From: Candidatus Magasanikiibacteriota bacterium
GTDB lineage: Bacteria > Patescibacteriota > Patescibacteriia > Magasanikbacterales > UBA922
Length of the DNA stretch: 64,000 bases
Assembly (NCBI GenBank): GCA_041665025.1
Contig: JBAYJP010000004.1
Span: 26,311 to 90,310 of the forward strand
Direction of reading: 5' to 3'
The position numbers and the translations under genes were made by a program. Below, piece after piece: positions 1 through 7,877 of the stretch (positions are counted from its first letter, which is position 1; each line of letters starts with the position of its first letter). The notes under the pieces are model-generated. The model was given only the letters and a program-made list of their open reading frames with translations, ran no database searches and had not been told where the DNA came from.

Positions 1-25
1 AGAATAATTTAGTCATACATTATAT

Positions 26-694
26 ATGAAACGTATTATTATACTCATGGGTGTCCCTGGCAGTGGAAAGGGAACTCAGGCGCGTAAATTAGCTACACGT
101 TATGGTTACGCACACATATCCACTGGCGATTTGTTGCGCGCACTAGACGCAGACCCTCATGGAGATTCAGAAGAAAAGGAATTGTTGGCTGGCATGAAAT
201 CAGGAAAACTTGTTTCAAATAATCTTATATTTAAACTTGCATTTCGTGAGATTGAAAAAAATCTGAAAGCCGGTAAAGGCGTTATATTAGATGGTGCTAT
301 TCGTAGTGTGGAGCAGGCGCAGGAATATGAGAATTTCTTTGTGAAAAATAATGTACGAGATGAAGTTCTTGTCGTTGAAATTAAATTATCCGATGAATCG
401 AGCTGGAACCGTTTAACTAAACGGAAAGTCTGTCCATCATGCGGATTTATACTTCCATATTCGCCGGAAAATGAATTAAAAAAGGAGTGTCCTGAGTGTG
501 GTGGAGAATTAATTGTGCGCAAGGATGATAATCCAGAAACCATTAAACAGCGCATTGCCGATCAGGGCAATAACGCCATTGGTCCGATTTTACATCATTA
601 CCGCACACAGGGTAGACTCATTACGCTTAATGGAGAAAAAAATATAGACGAAGTTGATCAAGACATGACGCAGATTTTGGAAGAAAAAAACTAA
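26..694 (+). CDS. adk: Adenylate kinase (zinc-lid type)
   Basis: P-loop GVPGSGKGTQA, HISTGDLLR, ILDG, lid CPSC...CPEC, RKDD. Confidence 0.93.
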   Translation: MKRIIILMGVPGSGKGTQARKLATRYGYAHISTGDLLRALDADPHGDSEEKELLAGMKSGKLVSNNLIFKLAFREIEKNLKAGKGVILDGAIRSVEQAQEYENFFVKNNVRDEVLVVEIKLSDESSWNRLTKRKVCPSCGFILPYSPENELKKECPECGGELIVRKDDNPETIKQRIADQGNNAIGPILHHYRTQGRLITLNGEKNIDEVDQDMTQILEEKN

Positions 695-732
695 CTGAGC
701 AAAAAATCTTTTTTTGTGATACACTATAGTGT

Positions 733-2019
733 ATGAAGCATGCACTGAAAAAATATTTTATTCCTCACGAAGGAAATAATTATCATCCTCATATTTTGCA
801 TACCAAACGCGCCTTTTTTTATGGTGGCGTCTTTTTAGTTATGAAGGTGGTAGTTATCGTGTTTACATTGTTCTTACCTTCGTATGTATTTGTCATGCCT
901 GATGTGTTGCAAGAGCAACAGGATAAAATTTTGGAACTGACAAATGGTATACGCGCGCGTGAAGGATTGCCTGCGCTAAAACCCCAGACAAAATTGACCG
1001 CGTCGTCTGAATTGAAAGCTGATGATATGGCACAAAAAAGTTATTTTGAACATGAATCTCCAGATGGAAGACGTCTTGCTGACTGGCTTGATGACGTGGG
1101 GTATATCTACAAAGTCGCAGGAGAAAATTTGGCCATGGGCTTTACTGATGCAGAGGATTTGGTAGATGCCTGGGTTGAAAGTCCTACTCATTATGCAAAC
1201 CTTATTGATAAAGAATATACTGAGTTTGGCATTGGGACTAAGGCAGGCGTTTTTGACAAAACTCCTACGGTGTATGTGGCGCAGCATTTTGGTTTGCCCA
1301 GAGAACCTGAAATTGGTCAGCAGGAAATTCCTGCTGTGCTTTCCTCTTCTATTTTTGGAGAAGATAATACCTCGAGTACTACTGCAGACGAGATTTTACA
1401 TACTATTGAAACGTCAAATTTTGCAGATATTATTTTATCAGCAACAGATACACTTTATACTGGTGCAGGATTTGAAACAACTCAAAAACAAGTATTGCCT
1501 CTCGCGGTATATCAAAAAGAAGCATCTCATGTAACATGGAAAGAATTGGAAGTGAACAAAATTCAACTTACCGTACGCGCATATATTGTGGGTGCTTTTG
1601 AGACCGCAGTTGTATATGTAAAAGGATACCCAATAGAATTATTTAGGAGTGAACAGCCATATATATATCAAGGACAAACAACAATTTTTGAAACCAAAGA
1701 CGAATTGTTCAAAGTAGCGCTCATGCCTACGATTTCTATCAAGACCCAGACAGGCGAAATTATTCAAGATACGATTGAGTGGAATTATGTGCCTGTTATA
1801 AGTGTGACGCCGCTTGAGAGATATACACATTCAAAATCTATGTTGTCTTCATTTATGAGTATTTTTGACGTCTCACGAAATATTTATCTTGGGTTTATTA
1901 TATTTTTTAGTATCGCTCTACTATTAAAGATTTTCATTCAAATAAGAAAACAGCATTATCATGTGATTGGACAGACATTACTCCTGATTGGAATGCTTGT
2001 TGTATTGTTTAAGGTATAG
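733..2019 (+). CDS. CAP/SCP-domain membrane protein (CPR type)
   Basis: N-terminal FIPHEGNNYHPHIL, YFEH-SPDG, AGENLAMGF, AWVESPTHYANL; N- and C-terminal TM helices. Confidence 0.85.
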   Translation: MKHALKKYFIPHEGNNYHPHILHTKRAFFYGGVFLVMKVVVIVFTLFLPSYVFVMPDVLQEQQDKILELTNGIRAREGLPALKPQTKLTASSELKADDMAQKSYFEHESPDGRRLADWLDDVGYIYKVAGENLAMGFTDAEDLVDAWVESPTHYANLIDKEYTEFGIGTKAGVFDKTPTVYVAQHFGLPREPEIGQQEIPAVLSSSIFGEDNTSSTTADEILHTIETSNFADIILSATDTLYTGAGFETTQKQVLPLAVYQKEASHVTWKELEVNKIQLTVRAYIVGAFETAVVYVKGYPIELFRSEQPYIYQGQTTIFETKDELFKVALMPTISIKTQTGEIIQDTIEWNYVPVISVTPLERYTHSKSMLSSFMSIFDVSRNIYLGFIIFFSIALLLKIFIQIRKQHYHVIGQTLLLIGMLVVLFKV

Positions 2020-2020
2020 T

Positions 2021-2593
2021 ATGCCGTTTCGCTATGAAAATTTAGATAATGGTTTATTTCATGTATACAATCGTGGTAACCAAAAAGATATTATATTCCA
2101 TAGTCCGCAAGATTATGGATTTTTTATTCGTCAGATGAACATATATCACATTAAATACAATATTACTATTTATTATTATTGCCTCATGCCAAATCATTTC
2201 CACATAGGGTTATCCATTCTTAGTGGACATGACCTTATTCATTTTATGAAACAAGTACAAATGACATATGCATTATATTTACAACGTTCATATAAATGGG
2301 TGGGGCATGTGTTTCAAGGACGCTACAAGACCCGTCGAGTGAAAGATGTACATCAATTTATATATTTATCTTCGTACATTCATCTTAATCCATTTATGGC
2401 AGATATTGTTCATGGATTTGTTGATTGGAGATGGTCGAGTTATCTTGATTATATTGGGTTGAGAAATGGGACATTGGTGCAAAAAGATATGCTTATGCAA
2501 AATTTTATTTCTCCGAGGCACTACCGTGAATGGGTAGAAACTGTAGGAAAAGAGAAGATGACGGATAAACTGTGCGGGTTGATGATTGAATGA
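2021..2593 (+). mobile_element. REP-associated tyrosine transposase (RAYT, Y1_Tnp/IS200-like HUH family)
   Basis: HVYNRG, YCLMPNHFH (HUH), GHVFQGRY, YIHLNP, WRWSSY; ATG at 2021 directly after the upstream stop. Confidence 0.88.
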
Positions 2594-2644
2594 TTTTAGA
2601 TCTGACTCGACTTCCGGTGGTGCGCGAATTTGACTTCGCGATGT

Positions 2645-2748
2645 CGTTTTGTGGCTTCGGGAATCTTTAAACAACAATCAGACATTTTAAAAAGAACAGA
2701 CGATTTTTAGTATTAATAAATTCTAAAAAATTCCCGAAACCACAAACG
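2645..2748. repeat. Imperfect inverted repeat downstream of the RAYT gene
   Basis: cgttttgtggcttcgggaat (~2645-2664) versus attcccgaaaccacaaacg (~2730-2748); small hairpin cgcgaa-tttgac-ttcgcg at 2623-2640. Confidence 0.6.
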
Positions 2749-2767
2749 TCTTAAAATCGCCAGAAAT

Positions 2768-2794
2768 AAAAAATCCAGCCTCTCGCTGGTTTTT
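2768..2794. terminator. Bidirectional intrinsic terminator
   Basis: A-run, ccagc-ctctc-gctgg hairpin, T-run. Confidence 0.6.
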
Positions 2795-2992
2795 AGTTTG
2801 TTTTTACCATGAACCATTCGGTACACGGTTTTTACACCAAATCCCAATCCGCCGTAGCAGATTTTGAGCTCACATACTGCACAGCAGATTGGGTCTGGTA
2901 ACCCCATCATAGGGGACCTTATAAAAAGAACAAAACCACTCTATAGAGCAGGAGATACCACGTACCCAGCGCGGCGTCTCCTTTTGGGTGAG
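2768..2992 (-). ncRNA. Candidate structured non-coding RNA (~225 nt), family not recognised
   Basis: Minus-strand promoter (TAAACA-17-TATACT with TG extension, 3026-2998), several long stems that work through G-U pairs only on the minus strand, and an intrinsic terminator at 2768-2794. Confidence 0.6.
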
Positions 2993-3091
2993 ACAACAGT
3001 ATAACACTATATTTTTATTTTGTTTAGCCAAAAATGTTGATAAGTCTACCATTCTTGTCATTCTTGCTTTTTGGTGTTAGAATTTAACCAT

Positions 3092-3919
3092 ATGGCGTAT
3101 ATAAAAACACAAGAAGAGATCAACCTTATTATTGAGGGCGGGCATATTTTGGGGGAAATACTTGAAAAACTGGGCGCCATGGTGCGTCCGGGTATTTCTG
3201 CGTTTGAAATAGACGGACAGGCAGAAAAGATGATTCGGGAAGCAGGTGGACGCCCGGCGTTCAAAGGCTATCAGGGACGAAAAAGTGACACACCATTTCC
3301 GAGCACTATTTGTGCATGCGTAAATGAAGAATTGGTACATGGTATTGCAACAAGAGACAAAATTTTGAAAGATGGGGATATTTTTAGTATCGATATTGGC
3401 ATGGAATACCCAACAGGAAATTCAAAATTCAAAATTCAAAATTCAAAATTAAAGAGAGGTTATTTTACTGATACGGCTTTGACTGTTGTAGTGGGTAAGG
3501 TCCCAGAGAAGACCAAGCAGCTTTTGAATGTTACAAAAAAATCTTTAGAAATTGGCATCAAGCAATGCGTCGTGGGGAACACTGTTGCAGACATTGGCCG
3601 TGCCATACAAGATTATGTTGAACCCCAAGGATATGGCATTGTGCGCGATCTTGTTGGACATGGAGTGGGGCACGCAGTACATGAAGAACCGCGTGTGCCA
3701 AATTACTATGATCCAAAACTTGAACAATGGGAATTGCGTGCTGGTGTGGTCATAGCTATTGAACCTATGGTGACGATGGGACATTATGGCGTAGAAACAG
3801 CAGACGATGGGTGGAGCATTGTCACCGCAGACAAGAAATTATGTGCGCATTTTGAACATACTGTTATTATTACTGAAGGTGGCCCTGTCGTAGTCACACG
3901 TAGGCCGAACGAACGTTAG
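3092..3919 (+). CDS. map: Methionine aminopeptidase type I
   Basis: PAFKGY, FPSTICACVNEELVHG, GHGVGHAVHEEP, IAIEPM, AHFEHT; start moved to ATG 3092. Confidence 0.96.
   Translation: MAYIKTQEEINLIIEGGHILGEILEKLGAMVRPGISAFEIDGQAEKMIREAGGRPAFKGYQGRKSDTPFPSTICACVNEELVHGIATRDKILKDGDIFSIDIGMEYPTGNSKFKIQNSKLKRGYFTDTALTVVVGKVPEKTKQLLNVTKKSLEIGIKQCVVGNTVADIGRAIQDYVEPQGYGIVRDLVGHGVGHAVHEEPRVPNYYDPKLEQWELRAGVVIAIEPMVTMGHYGVETADDGWSIVTADKKLCAHFEHTVIITEGGPVVVTRRPNER
3418..3453 (+). repeat. In-frame heptamer tandem repeat (aaattca x~5) inside map
   Basis: aaattcaaaattcaaaattcaaaattcaaaattaaa encoding NSKFKIQNSKLK. Confidence 0.9.
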
Positions 3920-4004
3920 GTAAACTATTTGAAATTGGGTATTGGGTTAAGAAACCAGAAAAATTTTCTGGTATCCTAACCTATCGCCTTAATTCATTTA
4001 CATT

Positions 4005-4385
4005 ATGAATATACTATCCATTGACTACGGCACAAAAAACATCGGCCTGGCCTGGTGCGATTCAGCTCTTGGTGTTGTTTTGCCGTATGGTAATGTAGAT
4101 GCAAAAAAATGGAAAATTGAAATAGTGAAATTGATTGAAACTGAAAAAATACACAAGGCTGTTGTTGGTTTGCCTGTTGGGCTTGATGGAAAAGAAAATG
4201 AAAATACAAAACGAGTTAGAAATTTTGCTGATGAATTAAGAAAGCTCGCAGATATTCCTATAGAATTTATCGATGAACGATTTAGTTCACATGCGGCAGA
4301 TAGGATGGGTGAGGGTGGGGCCAGTAGAGATGAAAGGGCGGCGATGATAATATTGCAAACGTATTTAGACAAATTAAAGAAGTGA
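4005..4385 (+). CDS. yqgF: YqgF/RuvX family pre-16S rRNA nuclease / putative resolvase
   Basis: ILSIDYGTKNIGLA, VVGLP, IDERFSS, DERAAMIILQ. Confidence 0.9.
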   Translation: MNILSIDYGTKNIGLAWCDSALGVVLPYGNVDAKKWKIEIVKLIETEKIHKAVVGLPVGLDGKENENTKRVRNFADELRKLADIPIEFIDERFSSHAADRMGEGGASRDERAAMIILQTYLDKLKK

Positions 4386-4388
4386 TTT

Positions 4389-4451
4389 TATCTCAATGTA
4401 TCTAAACCTATCTCAATATATATAGAGATACATGGAGATAAGTTGAGATAG
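4389..4451. repeat. Tandem-inverted junction element (9-mer tatctcaa-type arms)
   Basis: tatctcaatgtatctaaacctatctcaa followed by gagatacatggagataagttgagatag, filling the yqgF-recO gap. Confidence 0.8.
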
Positions 4452-4458
4452 TAACTGT

Positions 4459-5073
4459 ATGTTATCCATTGTATTAGCCCGCCGTGATTTCCGCGAATAC
4501 GATCAGATCATCTCAGTGTATACGCGTCAAGAAGGTAAACACGAATTACTTGCGCGGGGAGTAAAAAAAATTACATCAAAAAATTCGGCTCACTTAGAGC
4601 CGTTTTCTATCGTAGATATAGAAATTGCACACGGCAAGGAAATTGATCATGTTACCAAAGTCCAGCCAGTTGAATATTTTGCGAATATCAGAAATAATCT
4701 TGAAAAAAGTTTGATGGCGGGGTATGTTGTCTCATTGCTGAACACATTGTTGCGTGAAAAAGAAAAAGATGAACATTTGTTTGATATGACTTTCTCGTTG
4801 TTTGAGTTTATTAATTTTCAATTTTCAATTTTCAATTTTCAAGTCTTACTTGATAGTTTTGTAGTTAAATTTTTGAAATGTTTAGGATTTTCTATGTTTG
4901 AGAGTTCTGGTATTGAAAAGTGGAAAGATATATTACAGATCATGGAAAATGGAGATTTGGAAGAAGTAAACAAACTAGAATACGATGAACATTTGCATAG
5001 AAAAATATATGAGTTTCTAGTATATCAAACAGAGCGGAAAGTGCCAGATTGGGCTAAAACTTGCATATTTTAG
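4459..5073 (+). CDS. recO: DNA repair protein RecO (no C-terminal Zn finger)
   Basis: IVLARRDFREYDQIISVYT..GK..LLARGVKKITSK..AHLEPFS. Confidence 0.88.
   Translation: MLSIVLARRDFREYDQIISVYTRQEGKHELLARGVKKITSKNSAHLEPFSIVDIEIAHGKEIDHVTKVQPVEYFANIRNNLEKSLMAGYVVSLLNTLLREKEKDEHLFDMTFSLFEFINFQFSIFNFQVLLDSFVVKFLKCLGFSMFESSGIEKWKDILQIMENGDLEEVNKLEYDEHLHRKIYEFLVYQTERKVPDWAKTCIF
4813..4842 (+). repeat. In-frame heptamer tandem repeat (aattttc x4) inside recO
   Basis: aattttcaattttcaattttcaattttcaa encoding NFQFSIFNFQ. Confidence 0.9.
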
Positions 5074-5097
5074 AGAAAAACGATAAGATAAAGCACG

Positions 5098-5167
5098 TAT
5101 CACATAACACATATCACATATCACATATCAAAATTGTTAAGTGTTACGTGATAAGTGTTATGTGATA
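5098..5167. repeat. Tandem-inverted junction element (7-mer atcacat arms)
   Basis: tatcacataacacatatcacatatcac ... gtgttacgtgataagtgttatgtgata; 13-bp perfect outer pairing; ends about 10 nt before the asnS ATG. Confidence 0.85.
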
Positions 5168-5177
5168 ATAAAATTTT

Positions 5178-6473
5178 ATGCAACAAACATTAATTAAGGA
5201 TTTACATAACCACGTCGGTGAATCCGTCACGCTCAAGGGGTGGCTCTATAACAAACGATCTTCTGGTAAAATCGCATTTTTGGAAGTACGCGACGGAACA
5301 GGGTTTATCCAGGCCGTAGCAGTCAAAGATACGTTGAGTGAACAAATCTGGGCAGATGTTGAAAAAACAACGCAAGAATCTTCCATTATTGTTACTGGTA
5401 GTGTTACTAAGCACCCAAAGAAAGAAGGGGTTTACGAATTACAAATTACGAATTACCAATTAGTCCAACAAGCAGAAGATTATCCTATTGCGCTCAAAGA
5501 TCATGGGCCAGAATTTTTATTGGATAACCGCCACTTGTGGCTACGTAGTAAAAGGCAGTGGGCGATTCAGCGGGTTCGTGACACCGTGATTCAAGCAATT
5601 TATGATTTTTATCATGAGAATGGGTTTATAAAAATTGACACGCCGATAATTACACCCAATGCATGTGAAGGTGCGACTACCTTATTTGGTATAGAATATT
5701 TTGATGAGGGAGAGGTATTTTTGTCTCAGTCCGGACAGTTGTATTTGGAAGCGGCGATTATGTCTGTGGGGCGCGGATTTGATTTTGGTCCGACATTTCG
5801 TGCGGAAAAAAGCAAAACAAAACGGCACCTTACTGAATTTTGGATGATGGATGCCGAAGCAGCGTTTGTGGAGCATGAAGAAAGTATGAACATACAAGAA
5901 CAAATGATTTGTTATATCGTAAGACGTTGTTTGGAAACATGCCAGCAAGAATTTGAAATTCTTGAGCGCAACCTTGAGCCATTGAAAAAAATACGATCTC
6001 CATTTACGCGTCTAACCTACACTGAAGCGATTGAGAAGTTGCATGAACTTGGTTCAGATATTAAATTTGGCGAAGATTTGGGAAATGATGATGAAGGATT
6101 ATTGACAAAAGATTCAGACGTGCCGGTCTTTATCCACAAATGGCCAAAAACAATAAAGCCATTTTATATGAAAGTAGATCCAGAAAATTCCGAATTGGTT
6201 TTGAACGATGATTTGATAGGTATAGAAGGCTCAGGAGAACTGATTGGCGGTTCACAGCGCGAAGATGATTATGAAAAATTGAAGTCTGCGATAGAGCATG
6301 AAGGCTTGCAAGGTCCGGAATATCAGTGGTATTTGGATTTGCGTAAATACGGTTCAGTACCACACTCTGGATTTGGTCTAGGTCTTGAACGCACCGTCGG
6401 GTGGGTATGCGGAGTTGAGCATATTCGTGAAACAATTCCATTTCCCCGGATGATAAACAGGGTGAGACCATAA
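5178..6473 (+). CDS. asnS: Asparagine--tRNA ligase
   Basis: [64 protein letters not shown]. Confidence 0.95.
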   Translation: MQQTLIKDLHNHVGESVTLKGWLYNKRSSGKIAFLEVRDGTGFIQAVAVKDTLSEQIWADVEKTTQESSIIVTGSVTKHPKKEGVYELQITNYQLVQQAEDYPIALKDHGPEFLLDNRHLWLRSKRQWAIQRVRDTVIQAIYDFYHENGFIKIDTPIITPNACEGATTLFGIEYFDEGEVFLSQSGQLYLEAAIMSVGRGFDFGPTFRAEKSKTKRHLTEFWMMDAEAAFVEHEESMNIQEQMICYIVRRCLETCQQEFEILERNLEPLKKIRSPFTRLTYTEAIEKLHELGSDIKFGEDLGNDDEGLLTKDSDVPVFIHKWPKTIKPFYMKVDPENSELVLNDDLIGIEGSGELIGGSQREDDYEKLKSAIEHEGLQGPEYQWYLDLRKYGSVPHSGFGLGLERTVGWVCGVEHIRETIPFPRMINRVRP

Positions 6474-6476
6474 TAA

Positions 6477-6550
6477 TATGTACGAAATACGAAAATACGA
6501 AAGTAAATATGTAATTTTTGTAATTTTGTAATTTTCGTATTTCGTACATA
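6477..6550. repeat. Family A tandem-inverted element (atgtacgaaat...atttcgtacat)
   Basis: tatgtacgaaatacgaaaatacgaaa ... ttttcgtatttcgtacata between the asnS stop (6473) and the next ATG (6555). Confidence 0.9.
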
Positions 6551-6554
6551 AATT

Positions 6555-7643
6555 ATGCCAAAAAAGAAAAATAAAAAATCACAATCTCACGGTTTACCAG
6601 AAGTATTTCTTGAAAGACTAACCCGTATTGTTGGTCTTTCTTATTTTGAACAGATTAAAAGAACCTTTGTTGAGCGTCCGACTACATTTCGCGTGAATAC
6701 GATAAAAGCAAACCGACAAGAAATCTTGGAAATTCTACAACAGCAGGGGTTTAAAGTACGGCAAGTTCAGTGGTATAAGGACGCTTTTATTTTACTCAAT
6801 AAGACGAAACGCGAATTGACGGATTTGGATATGTATGACGAGGGGAAGATATATATTCAAAGTTTGGCAAGCATGATCCCACCATTAGTCTTGGATCCAC
6901 AACCAGGGGATAGGGTGTTAGATTTGACAGCCGCGCCAGGGAGCAAGACTTCACAGATAGCAGCAATGATGCGTAAACAAGGCGAGCTTGTGGCAAATGA
7001 TAAAAATAAAATACGCTTTTTTAAGTTGAAGCATAATGTTGAAGCGCTGGGTGTGGCGGAATTGGCTCTCCCCCTACAAGGGGGAGCAAGAGGGGGTCTG
7101 GATTACAAAAAAACGTCTAGTGATATTATAGACCCCTCCCAACCTCTCCTTGTAGGGGAGGAGTCATGGAAGTTCAATCTTCGCATGGAAGACGGTTATC
7201 ATCTGTGCAAAGAGTACCCCGAATATTTTGATAAAATAATCCTTGATGCACCATGCAGTGCCGAGACGCGTTTTGTCGAGACAAATATAAAGACATATGG
7301 ATATTGGAAAGAGAATAAAATAAAGGAAATGGTCTTTGCCCAACGCGGTTTGTTATTTGCCGCATGGAGTGCGCTCAAGCCTGGGGGGACGCTTGTGTAT
7401 TCTACGTGCACCTTTGCTCCAGAAGAAAACGAATTACAGATAACTAGATTTTTGGAGAAAATTACTAATGTTGAAATATGTAATATCGATGTCATAGATA
7501 TTAAAAAATTATTTATCGTTAAAGAATGGAAAGGGAGGGACATCGATAAAAACGTACAAAAAAAAGCGCTTCGTATTATGCCATCGAACGAGATTGAAGG
7601 GTTTTTTGTGGTTAAATTAAAGAAACTCGTAATTCATAATTAG
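6555..7643 (+). CDS. RsmB/RsmF (NOL1/NOP2/sun) RNA m5C methyltransferase
   Basis: YIQSLASM, VLDLTAAPGSKT, FDKIILDAPCS, LVYSTCTFAPEENE, EGFFV. Confidence 0.93.
   Translation: MPKKKNKKSQSHGLPEVFLERLTRIVGLSYFEQIKRTFVERPTTFRVNTIKANRQEILEILQQQGFKVRQVQWYKDAFILLNKTKRELTDLDMYDEGKIYIQSLASMIPPLVLDPQPGDRVLDLTAAPGSKTSQIAAMMRKQGELVANDKNKIRFFKLKHNVEALGVAELALPLQGGARGGLDYKKTSSDIIDPSQPLLVGEESWKFNLRMEDGYHLCKEYPEYFDKIILDAPCSAETRFVETNIKTYGYWKENKIKEMVFAQRGLLFAAWSALKPGGTLVYSTCTFAPEENELQITRFLEKITNVEICNIDVIDIKKLFIVKEWKGRDIDKNVQKKALRIMPSNEIEGFFVVKLKKLVIHN
7066..7163. repeat. In-frame GC-rich palindromic (REP/RPE-like) insertion in the methyltransferase
   Basis: ctccccctacaagggggagcaagagggggtct ... agacccctcccaacctctccttgtaggggag; translated LPLQGGARGGL...DPSQPLLVGEE. 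Confidence 0.8.
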
Positions 7644-7714
7644 TAATTAGCAATCTTTTAGCACCTACCTGGTGGCAGGCAGATTATAATCTTTAATCTT
7701 TATTTTTCAATTTT

Positions 7715-7749
7715 AAATACCACCTTATTTTGGGTGGTATTTTGTTTTT
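7715..7749 (+). terminator. Intrinsic terminator
   Basis: aaataccacc-ttattttg-ggtggtattt followed by a T-rich tail. Confidence 0.7.
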
Positions 7750-7877
7750 GTAAATGCGGGGTGCCAGCATATTTGAATAACCAACAAAAAGTGGATAACA
7801 TCATAGTTTGTTAAGCGAAAATATGGTATACTTAGACCATCATTTATGGTATACTAAGGTACGAATAAAAAAATACC

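Noticed and set aside
2713-3061. Short minus-strand ORFs of 63-65 aa
   Set aside because: They overlap a strongly base-paired region with a promoter and terminator, which a non-coding RNA explains better.
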